A DNA stretch of 27,680 nt from the NCBI GenBank assembly GCA_032128375.1, contig JAQBGU010000196.1:1-27680 (forward strand). Direction: 5' to 3'. Made by a program: the position numbers and the translations under genes. The notes under the pieces are model-generated. The model saw nothing but the letters and a program-made list of their open reading frames with translations, had not been told where the DNA came from and did not search any database. This DNA is from Deltaproteobacteria bacterium (GTDB lineage Bacteria > Myxococcota_A > UBA9160 > SMWR01). Positions 9,449 to 17,653 of this stretch are shown one piece after another. The number at the start of each line of letters is the position of its first letter. Position 1 is the first letter of the stretch.

Positions 9449-12400
9449 GTGAAGCTGAAATCGCTGGATCTGCACGGCTTCAAATCGTTCGTCGACAAGA
9501 CCTCGCTGGTCTTCAAGCCGGGAATCACCGCTGTCGTCGGACCCAATGGTTGCGGCAAGTCCAACGTCGTCGATGCGATGCGCTGGGCGATGGGCGAGCA
9601 ATCACCGCGGCGACTTCGCGGCAAGGGCATGGACGATGTCATCTTCCAGGGCTCCGAGGGACGCTCGCAGGTCGGCATGGCCGAGGTCGTGTTGAAATTC
9701 GATAATGCCGATGGAAACGGGCCGCCCGCGTTTTCGGCTTACCGAGAGATCCAGATCACGCGGCGCCTGTATCGCAGCGGCGAATCGGAATATCTGCTGA
9801 ACAAGACCCCGTGCCGCCTGCGTGACGTGCACGACTTCTTCCGCGACACCGGTATCGGGACCAAGGGCTACACAATCGTCGAACAGGGTCGGATCGCCGA
9901 AATCGTCTCGGCCAAGCCGGAAGAGCGAAGGATCCTGATCGAAGAGGCCGCGGGCATTGGGAAGTACAAGGCGCGGCGTCGCGAGGCCGAATCGAAGATC
10001 GCATCGACCGAACAAAACCTGCTCCGCATCAGTGACGTCCTCGCTGAGATCCGGCGGCAGATCACCTCGATCGATCGGCAGGCCAAGAAGGCCGCCCGCT
10101 ACAAGCGGCTTCGTGAGACGCTGCGGGTGCTGGAACTATCGCTCGCTGCAGATGAGCGCCGCGAACACGCGCTAAAGATCGAAGTTGCCTCCGCCAGTCT
10201 GGTCGGGCTTCGCGGGGAAGTCAGCGCACTCGAGGCGATGCTCGAGCAGCAGGAACTTTCCGTCCAACAGAAACGTCTCGAGTTGGCCGAATCCGAACGC
10301 TTGCTGAGTCACGGCAACGAGAGCCTGCTTGCGCTGCGTACCGACATCAAACACAACGAAGGCAAGATCGAGTTCGGCCGCCGCGAGCGGGCATCGCTGG
10401 CCGAGACCATCAGCGCCCGACAGGCCGAACTCGAGCGCCTGGTGGAGCAACTCGCTAGCCAGCAGACCGAATCCGAAGGGGCCGGCGCCGAACTCGAGGC
10501 CATCGAGGGCGCGGTGGAATCGGGCCGCGAAGGCGTTGTGACCAGCGAATCGCAGGCTGGCGAAGCGCGGCTGAAGCTGCAAGAACTGGAGCGCGAGCGC
10601 GACGGTTCCAATTCCGGACTCGTGGAAATCTTGACGCGGATCGCGCGGTCTGAAGACCGTCTTTCGAGCGGAGACGACCGCAGGGCAGAAATCGACGCGC
10701 GAATTCGCAGCGCCGACGAAATCATCGAAGTGAATCAGACCGAGTCGACCCGCGCGGATTCTGAGCAACGCGATCTCGAGCAGGGCGTGCGCAACTTATT
10801 GGGCGAGCGGGACCGGTTCATGGGAGGGGTGCGGCGCGCGCTCGAGACGCTCGAAGGGGTGACTTTGGGCGCCCATGCGGCTTCCGAAAAACTCAGTGAA
10901 ATCCGGGAATTGCGGGAGACACGGAAAGCGCGACTCGAATCTTTGCGAGAGCTCGTCGAGCAACGCGACGACGTGGGTGCCGCCGCTCGACACCTGCTGT
11001 CGCGCGATGCTCAGCAGCGCCGCGACCTCGGTATCCGAGGGCTGGTGCGAGACCTTCTGGAAGTGGATCGCGATGTGGTCGCTGCTGTCGAAGCGGTGTT
11101 GGCCGACCGGGCCGAGGCTGTCGTCGTCGATCGGCCATCTCACGCAGTTTCGGCGATCGAGCTGCTGCGCGCCGCGCAGGCGGGTCGCGGCATCCTGGTG
11201 TCACTGCCTTCGCCGCACGAAGCGCCGACGGGTTTTGTCCCGTTGGGCCAACCGCTGCTCAATCACGTTCGGCTGTCGAGCGGGCTAGCGCAAAGTGCGT
11301 CTCAGGGTTCGTCTGAAGGTCTGTCTCCGGGTTCAGGTGAAGGTTCAGGTGAAGGTTTCGGTGAAGGTCGAGAGCTGAAAAGCGATTCTCGCTCTGCGAA
11401 CGCAGCTATCGAGGGTCTTGAACGGATGCTGCGCAAGTTGCTGGCGGGCGTGAATTTGGTCGACGACCTGCGCGAGGTGCTGGCGGTCTATGGCGGAGGT
11501 CGGATTCCCGCGACGTTCGTAACCCGAGACGGCGACCTGCTGTCGTCAGATGGCGTGATTCGCGGTGGCGGAGCGCGCGGTGGCTCGGGCAGCGGCGTGC
11601 TGGCACGCATCGGAGAGATCCGCGAACTCGCGATCGAAGTCGAGAGTCTCGATGCGAGGGTCGAGGCCGCGCAGGCCGAAAACGCCCGTGCGCAGGCCCA
11701 GCTCGTGGACGCGACCAATGAACTCGACAACCTTCGCAATCGCCATCACACCGCGGCGCTCGCTGTGGCCAACCACGAAAAAGATATCGAGCGCAACCGG
11801 GAGCGCGTCAAGGCGTTCGGTGAAGTTCAGGAAGGGCGCCTCGCGGAGCGTTCCGAAAATCTGGCGGAAGTCGAGTCGCTCGAAATGGAACGCGCAAGGC
11901 TCGAACAAGTCCTGACCGACGCCAGAGCAGAACGCGTGCGGCACCAGCGAGACCTCGACTCCCTGGTGCTGCGGGTCGGATCGGCGGGCCGCGAACTGAA
12001 TCGCCTGGAGACCATCGCGACCGAACGCCGCGTTGAACACGCCGGGCGCTCGGAAAAGCGCGATCGCCTTCGCCTGGCCCATCAACGGGCGCAGCAAGCG
12101 GTTGGAGAAACCCGCGACTGGATCAGTCGACGCGAACAGGAAATCGCGGACGCCGCCTCTCGCCGCGCCGAGTTGGCTGAATCGGTCGGGGAGGCGGAAC
12201 AGACCCTCCAGCTCTTGTTGCGCGAGGAAGAGGGCGCGCGCTCGACCAACGAGGCCAAGCGAGACGCCTACGAGCAGATCGCAGCGGAGCTCAACGCGGT
12301 CGATGACGCGGGGCGCAAGACCCGAAACGAGATTTCGGACCGTCGTGACCGCGTGGCCCAGACGGAGCTGTCGACCCGCGAGTTCGAATTGCGCATGACC

Positions 12401-13279
12401 CACCTGGACGAGTCCATCCGAGAAAAATGGCAAGTCGAACTCTCGACCTGGACACCGCCCAGCGTCGAACCGGAGCCGGTTGGTCTGGCAGACGCAGCCG
12501 AACCCCCCTCTGCGCTTGCGTCTCCCGAATCCACCGCACCCATGACCACGGAATCAGAAACAGACGACGAGTTGTCATCGCTAGACGTGGTCCGCGAGGC
12601 ACGCGAGAATGCCAAACTTGCGCTGCTGTCCGTTGCGGAGCGGTCGACGAAGCTGGAAGAAGTGCGCGCAAAGATCCATGCCCTGGGCGAGGTGAATTTG
12701 GGCGCAATCGAAGAGCACGAAGAGCTGAGCGAACGCTCGCGGTTCCTGACCGAACAGAAGGGCGATCTCGACCGGACTCTGGAGTCACTGCGCGACGCGA
12801 TCAACCGCATCAACCGGACGAGTCGCAGCCGTTTCAAGGAGGCCTTCGAGGCGATCAGCAAACACTTCTCTGAGAATTTCCCACGTTTGTTCTCAGGGGG
12901 TCGCGCGAGCCTGTCGCTGACCGAATCCGAAGATGTGCTCGAGGCCGGGATCGAGATCATGGCCATGCCGCCAGGCAAGCGTCTGCAAAACGTGAACCTG
13001 CTGTCCGGCGGTGAAAAGACGCTGACAGCACTGGCTCTGCTGGTCGCGGTGTTCCAAGTTCGGCCGTCACCCTTCTTCTTGCTCGATGAAGTCGACGCGG
13101 CACTCGACGACGCCAATGTCGGCCGCTTCAACGACCTCATCACGGAGCTGTCCAACCAATCGCAGTTCGTGATCATCACGCACAACAAGCGCACCATCGA
13201 GGTCGCCGACGTGTTGTACGGCGTGACGATGGAGCGAAAAGGCGTCAGCAAGCTCGTGTCGGTGAATCTCCACCGCTAG
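9449..13279 (+). CDS. smc: Chromosome partition protein Smc
   Basis: GFKSF, GPNGCGKSN, EQG Q-loop, long coiled coils, hinge motif G-X6-G-X3-GG (GDLLSSDGVIRGG), LLSGGEK, LLDEVDAALD, ITH. GTG at 9449 is preceded by GGGGAG. Confidence 0.97.
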   Translation: MKLKSLDLHGFKSFVDKTSLVFKPGITAVVGPNGCGKSNVVDAMRWAMGEQSPRRLRGKGMDDVIFQGSEGRSQVGMAEVVLKFDNADGNGPPAFSAYREIQITRRLYRSGESEYLLNKTPCRLRDVHDFFRDTGIGTKGYTIVEQGRIAEIVSAKPEERRILIEEAAGIGKYKARRREAESKIASTEQNLLRISDVLAEIRRQITSIDRQAKKAARYKRLRETLRVLELSLAADERREHALKIEVASASLVGLRGEVSALEAMLEQQELSVQQKRLELAESERLLSHGNESLLALRTDIKHNEGKIEFGRRERASLAETISARQAELERLVEQLASQQTESEGAGAELEAIEGAVESGREGVVTSESQAGEARLKLQELERERDGSNSGLVEILTRIARSEDRLSSGDDRRAEIDARIRSADEIIEVNQTESTRADSEQRDLEQGVRNLLGERDRFMGGVRRALETLEGVTLGAHAASEKLSEIRELRETRKARLESLRELVEQRDDVGAAARHLLSRDAQQRRDLGIRGLVRDLLEVDRDVVAAVEAVLADRAEAVVVDRPSHAVSAIELLRAAQAGRGILVSLPSPHEAPTGFVPLGQPLLNHVRLSSGLAQSASQGSSEGLSPGSGEGSGEGFGEGRELKSDSRSANAAIEGLERMLRKLLAGVNLVDDLREVLAVYGGGRIPATFVTRDGDLLSSDGVIRGGGARGGSGSGVLARIGEIRELAIEVESLDARVEAAQAENARAQAQLVDATNELDNLRNRHHTAALAVANHEKDIERNRERVKAFGEVQEGRLAERSENLAEVESLEMERARLEQVLTDARAERVRHQRDLDSLVLRVGSAGRELNRLETIATERRVEHAGRSEKRDRLRLAHQRAQQAVGETRDWISRREQEIADAASRRAELAESVGEAEQTLQLLLREEEGARSTNEAKRDAYEQIAAELNAVDDAGRKTRNEISDRRDRVAQTELSTREFELRMTHLDESIREKWQVELSTWTPPSVEPEPVGLADAAEPPSALASPESTAPMTTESETDDELSSLDVVREARENAKLALLSVAERSTKLEEVRAKIHALGEVNLGAIEEHEELSERSRFLTEQKGDLDRTLESLRDAINRINRTSRSRFKEAFEAISKHFSENFPRLFSGGRASLSLTESEDVLEAGIEIMAMPPGKRLQNVNLLSGGEKTLTALALLVAVFQVRPSPFFLLDEVDAALDDANVGRFNDLITELSNQSQFVIITHNKRTIEVADVLYGVTMERKGVSKLVSVNLHR
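11294..11377 (+). repeat. Degenerate 12-nt tandem repeat (GGTTCAGGTGAA-like, ~7 units) inside the smc hinge
   Basis: agtgcgtctcag ggttcgtctgaa ggtctgtctccg ggttcaggtgaa ggttcaggtgaa ggtttcggtgaa ggtcgagagctg. Confidence 0.85.
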
Positions 13280-13338
13280 ATCTGCCCGGCAGAGCGACTG
13301 ATTCACAGTCCAAGGCGCCCCCAGTCGCCCCGCAAGGC

Positions 13339-13347
13339 TGTTATGTT
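13339..13347 (+). promoter_or_regulatory. Extended -10 (TGtTATGTT) upstream of ftsY; near-leaderless transcript possible
   Basis: Hexamer ends 9 nt before the ATG at 13357; no clear SD. Confidence 0.4.
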
Positions 13348-13356
13348 GGGCGCGCT

Positions 13357-14610
13357 ATGGAACTGATCGAGATTCTCTTGGCGTGGGCGGGCCGCAATCC
13401 GGTACTGCCCGCGCTGTTGTTGGGACCCCTGCTGGTTGCGATTGGTGCGGTGTTGGTCACCGCGCGCAGCGCCACGAGATACCCCGCGGCAGCAACATCT
13501 CCTACCCCCATCGAGTCCACACCAGAAGTCTCGCAAGCATCGCTTCCGTTTCCCGAGCCCTTCGTCCAGGTTCAGCCAGCGGACGCGAAGCAGCAGGCGG
13601 AACCTGAACCTGAGCCGGAATCGGAGCCTGAAGCAGAGCCCGAGTTGGAGTTCGAGCCAGAGCTGCAACCCGAGCCTGAGGTTCCCAGCGTCCCAGCACG
13701 GGAACCGATACGACTTCGCGATCGGTTGCGGCTGACCAGCGAGTCTCTGGCCGGAAAGCTGAGCCAAATTCTGGGCGGCAGAACCGTCGATGCAGGTCTG
13801 CTCGACGATTTGGAGGCGTTGTTGTATCAGGCGGATCTCGGTGTGAAGACGGCGGATAGCCTGCTCGCTGAAGTCCGATCGAAGGCTTCCGGCGGAGATG
13901 AGGCCGCGGTCCGAGCTGTGCTGCGCACAGCGATCCTCGAAAAGCTGCGGCGGGTCCAGAGCCACCATTCGATCGGATTGGATGCGCCGGACCAGAACCC
14001 GCACGTGATCCTGGTGCTCGGCGTCAATGGCGCTGGAAAAACCACATCGATCGGGAAACTCGCGGCGCGCTATCGCGCCGAGGGGCATTCGGTTGTACTT
14101 GGCGCCGCAGACACGTTTCGGGCGGCTGCGACCGAGCAACTGCAGGCTTGGGGCCAGCGAGCCGATTGCGATGTGATCGCAGGACAATCGGGAGGCGATC
14201 CCTCGGCCGTCGCGTTCGACACCGTCAAGGCCGCCAAGGCGCGCGGCATCGGCGTTGCGATTATCGATACGGCTGGGCGCTTGCAGACCAGAACGCCACT
14301 CATGGAAGAGTTGGGCAAGATGGTTCGTGTGATCAACAAGGGTCTCGAAGGGGCGCCACACGAGGTTCTGCTGGTGCTCGATGCGACCACCGGACAAAAT
14401 GCGAGATCGCAGGCGAAACTATTCACGGAAGTCGCGGGCGTGACCGGCCTGATTCTCACCAAGCTCGACGGGACTGCCAGAGGTGGCGTGTTGATCGGTT
14501 TGGCGGACGAGTTCGGGATACCGGTGAAGTATGTCGGCGTCGGAGAGGCGGTCGAGGATTTGCGTGACTTCGACGCTGAAGAGTTCGTCGATGCGATCTT
14601 CGCGGCCTAG
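13357..14610 (+). CDS. ftsY: SRP receptor GTPase FtsY with N-terminal hydrophobic segment
   Basis: GVNGAGKTTSIGKLA, DTFRAAA, DTAGR, DATTGQN, TKLDGTARGG, GVGE motifs. Confidence 0.97.
   Translation: MELIEILLAWAGRNPVLPALLLGPLLVAIGAVLVTARSATRYPAAATSPTPIESTPEVSQASLPFPEPFVQVQPADAKQQAEPEPEPESEPEAEPELEFEPELQPEPEVPSVPAREPIRLRDRLRLTSESLAGKLSQILGGRTVDAGLLDDLEALLYQADLGVKTADSLLAEVRSKASGGDEAAVRAVLRTAILEKLRRVQSHHSIGLDAPDQNPHVILVLGVNGAGKTTSIGKLAARYRAEGHSVVLGAADTFRAAATEQLQAWGQRADCDVIAGQSGGDPSAVAFDTVKAAKARGIGVAIIDTAGRLQTRTPLMEELGKMVRVINKGLEGAPHEVLLVLDATTGQNARSQAKLFTEVAGVTGLILTKLDGTARGGVLIGLADEFGIPVKYVGVGEAVEDLRDFDAEEFVDAIFAA
13600..13680 (+). repeat. 6-nt Glu-Pro/Glu-X repeat in the FtsY acidic linker
   Basis: gaacct gaacct gagccg gaatcg gagcct gaagca gagccc gagttg gagttc gagcca gagctg caaccc gagcct, encoding EPEPEPESEPEAEPELEFEPELQPEPE. 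Confidence 0.85.
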
Positions 14611-14690
14611 TGATCGCGAGAGCGCGAACACTGTACTGGGAGTGACCGTGGTGCAGCAGGCATCGAGTCGTTGAGTCGAACGGGGAGGCT

Positions 14691-16239
14691 ATGGCACATC
14701 GATACGTAATGGCTCTGGATCAGGGCACGACATCTTCTCGGGCGATCTTGTTCGAAAGAAGCGGCGCGATCGCCGCGATAGATCGACAAGAGTTCCCGCA
14801 GTACTTTCCAAAGCCCGGTTGGGTAGAGCACGATCCCAGCGAAATCTGGAACAGCCAACTCCAGGTGGCTCGCGGCGTGCTCGAGCGTGCCGGGGCGACC
14901 GCATCCGATGTCGCCGCGATTGGCATCACGAACCAGCGCGAAACCGCGGTGGTCTGGGACCGCGCCAGCGGCGATCCGATTCACAACGCGATCGTCTGGC
15001 AATCGCGGCAGACGGCCGGAATCTGCGACGCGCTGCGGCGCAGAGGGCTTGATGACGAAGTACGCAGGCGGACCGGGCTGCTGATCGACGCCTACTTCTC
15101 GGGCAGCAAGGTCCGCTTCATCCTGGACGCGGTCGAGGGTGCTCAAAGGCGCGCCGAACGGGGCGAACTCGCGTTCGGAACGGTTGACAGCTGGCTGCTC
15201 TACAAGTTGACCGGTGGCAGGGTCCATGCCACCGAGGTTTCGAATGCATCGCGCACGCTGATCTACAACATCCACGAGCGCGACTGGGACGATCTGCTGC
15301 TCGGTGAGCTGAACATCCCCCGCGCGATGCTCCCCGAGGTTCGCGACTCGAGCGGTATTTTCGGAGTGACCGATCAAGAGTTGCTGGGCGATGAGATCCG
15401 CGTGGCGGGAATCGCCGGAGACCAGCAGGCCGCGCTGTTCGGCCAGGGCTGTACCTCTCCAGGACGCGCCAAAAACACCTACGGAACCGGCTGTTTCTTG
15501 TTGATGAACACCGGCGCGGACGCGCCGATGTCGACTCAGGGACTCATCACGACGATGGCCTGGTCGCTCGACGGCAAGCCCGAGTACGCGCTCGAAGGCA
15601 GCATCTTCGTGGCCGGCGCCGCCGTGCAATGGCTGCGGGACGGCATAGGCTTGATCGCTCATGCCGCCGACTCGGAGGCGGCTGCTCAATCAGTCGACGA
15701 CACCGGGGGGGTCTACCTGGTCCCGGCGTTCGTGGGGTTGGGTGCTCCGTATTGGGATGAGCGCGCGCGGGGCGATCGTCGGAATCACACGTGGAACCAG
15801 CCGCGAACAGATCGTGCGGGCAACACTGGAATCCATCGCCTACCAGACCCGCGACGTCGTCGACTGCCTGCAGGCGGATTCAGGACTCGCGCTCGAAGTG
15901 CTTCGCGTCGATGGCGGTGCAGCGGAAAACGACTTCCTGATGCAATTCCAAGCCGACATCCTCGGTGTTCCGGTGGAGCGTCCAAAGGTCTTGGAAGTCA
16001 CGGCACTCGGTGCGGCGCGGCTGGCAGGGCTTGCGGTCGGGTTCTGGTCGGACCGAAGTGAACTCGACAGTTCGGACGCCTCGGTGCAGATCTTCGAACC
16101 GAGCTTCGAAGCGTCGAAACGCGAGCAGCTCTACGCGGGCTGGAAGCGCGCTGTTTCGCGTTCCTTGGCTTGGGAGGAGGCCTGGGAGGGGGCCGGGGAG
16201 GAGGCCTGGGAAGAGTCTTCCGATGAGTCCAGATCGTGA
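14691..16239 (+). pseudogene. glpK: Glycerol kinase interrupted by one frameshift at ~15761-15772 (real or sequencing artefact)
   Basis: The first frame gives [43 protein letters not shown]. The C-terminal part [12 protein letters not shown]...LRVDGGA...[10 protein letters not shown] continues in the 15661..16239 frame. SD GGGGAGG upstream. Confidence 0.9.
16171..16230 (+). repeat. 12-nt tandem repeat (5 units) forming the GlpK C-terminal tail
   Basis: tgggaggaggcc tgggagggggcc ggggaggaggcc tgggaagagtct tccgatgagtcc, encoding [20 protein letters not shown]. Confidence 0.85.
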
Positions 16240-16955
16240 GTCGGGCCGCCCGACCCGATCGCACCCAGGTCATCGCACATCGAGGTGCATCGGGTTATCG
16301 CCCGCAGAACACCGCTGCCGCCTACGCGCTCGCCGTCGAACAGCGCGCCGACATGATTGAGATCGATCTGCACCGGTCTCGCGACGGCGCGATCATCATT
16401 CGCCACGATGAAGAGCTTCTGAGCCTCGGTGGCCGCGGTGACATCGCTGAGATGAACCTCGCTGAAATCGAAGCGCTCGACGGCGGTGAAGGACAGAAGA
16501 TTCCAACCCTCGACGAGGTGCTCGACCAGTTTGGGGCAGCGCTGCCGTTCAATCTGGAACTCAAGTGTAGTGAGCGAGGGGCGTACGCGGGCCTCGAGGC
16601 AACCACGTTGGCCGCGGTCGAGAGCCGTGGACTGCTGAACTCGACGTTGTTTTCGTCATTTGACGACGGAGTTCTGGCGCGCTTGCGTTCGCAGAGTGAC
16701 GCGGCGCGACTGGCGGTGCTGGTCTCTCCACGTGCTCAGGAGCATCCACTCGCACGTGCGGCGGCGGTTGGGGCAGAGGCGATCAATCCATGGTTGGGAT
16801 TGGCAGAGGCCGATTTCGTCGATGCGATCCACGACGAAGGGCTCGCTGTCTACGTGTACACTGTCAACCAGGTCGAAGATATGCAGCGGATGATCGAACG
16901 CGGCGTCGACGGAATGTTCACCAATTTTCCGGACCGGCTCCTCGATCTGCTGTGA
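16236..16955 (+). CDS. Glycerophosphodiester phosphodiesterase (cytoplasmic UgpQ-like)
   Basis: [60 protein letters not shown] overlap with the glpK stop. Confidence 0.93.
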   Translation: MSRAARPDRTQVIAHRGASGYRPQNTAAAYALAVEQRADMIEIDLHRSRDGAIIIRHDEELLSLGGRGDIAEMNLAEIEALDGGEGQKIPTLDEVLDQFGAALPFNLELKCSERGAYAGLEATTLAAVESRGLLNSTLFSSFDDGVLARLRSQSDAARLAVLVSPRAQEHPLARAAAVGAEAINPWLGLAEADFVDAIHDEGLAVYVYTVNQVEDMQRMIERGVDGMFTNFPDRLLDLL

Positions 16956-17057
16956 CGATTTTCCCTGGCTTCGTCCCGAGGCCCTCCCGTCCCCCAGGGG
17001 CAGATTTTCTCGTGACAAAATTTAAAAAGGTAATTTGCGTATTTTCTGACGATTAAC

Positions 17058-17088
17058 TTGACGAGAGTGGCACTTTTGCCGTTAAAAT
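17058..17088 (+). promoter_or_regulatory. Likely sigma70 promoter of lrp-gltBD with AT-rich upstream region
   Basis: TTGACG (17058-63), 19-nt spacer, TAAAAT (17083-88); AT-rich tract at 17015-17057. Confidence 0.55.
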
Positions 17089-17113
17089 AGCGTCCTAATC
17101 GCCCGGAAGCCTA

Positions 17114-17653
17114 ATGAAGCCCAATCGAATTACCCCCGAGTTCGATGCGCTCGATCGCGAAATTCTCCAGTTGCTGCAGAAGAATTGCAAGCAACCGCTG
17201 GCGGCGATCGGCGAGGAGGTCGGCCTGTCAGCGCCCTCTGTAGTCGAGCGGATTCACAAGCTCGAACAGGCTGGCGTCATCCTAGGCTACGCGGTGCGGC
17301 TCGACGCGCGCCGGCTCGGCAAGGACGTGACTGCCTTCATCGGCGTGAGCACCAATCAGCCGCGAGCCATCGGTTCTCTGGAACGGGAGTTGTGCGAGAT
17401 CGAAGATGTTCTCGAGTGTCATCACGTGACCGGTGCTCACACGCTGATGGTGAAGGTCAAGACCCAGAGCACCGAAAGCCTCGAAGACGTGATTCAGACG
17501 ATCCGGCTGCTCGAAGGTGTCACTCGGACCGAGACCAGCATCGTGTTGTCGACGTATGTCGAGCATTCCAACCTCTCACTGCGGACGTGCCTCGAGTTCG
17601 GCTTACGCGCCACTCGGCGATCCGGCAAGAGCCGCCCGAGGGTTGCCAAATGA
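17114..17653 (+). CDS. Lrp/AsnC family transcriptional regulator
   Basis: [14 protein letters not shown]...[38 protein letters not shown]-domain motif; TETSIVLS. Confidence 0.95.
   Translation: MKPNRITPEFDALDREILQLLQKNCKQPLAAIGEEVGLSAPSVVERIHKLEQAGVILGYAVRLDARRLGKDVTAFIGVSTNQPRAIGSLERELCEIEDVLECHHVTGAHTLMVKVKTQSTESLEDVIQTIRLLEGVTRTETSIVLSTYVEHSNLSLRTCLEFGLRATRRSGKSRPRVAK

Noticed and set aside
16962..17008. Possible terminator after the phosphodiesterase gene (ccctgg...ccaggg)
   Set aside because: Large irregular loop and only a short, offset U tract; not convincing.
17068..17082. Sigma54-like TGGCAC...TTGC upstream of the nitrogen-assimilation genes
   Set aside because: GG-to-GC spacing is 7 nt instead of the strictly required 10 nt.
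17185..17649. 155-codon N-terminal extension of gltB overlapping lrp
   Set aside because: Arg-rich shadow frame of the GC-rich lrp gene. The ATG at 17650 gives a normal short GltB propeptide before the catalytic Cys.
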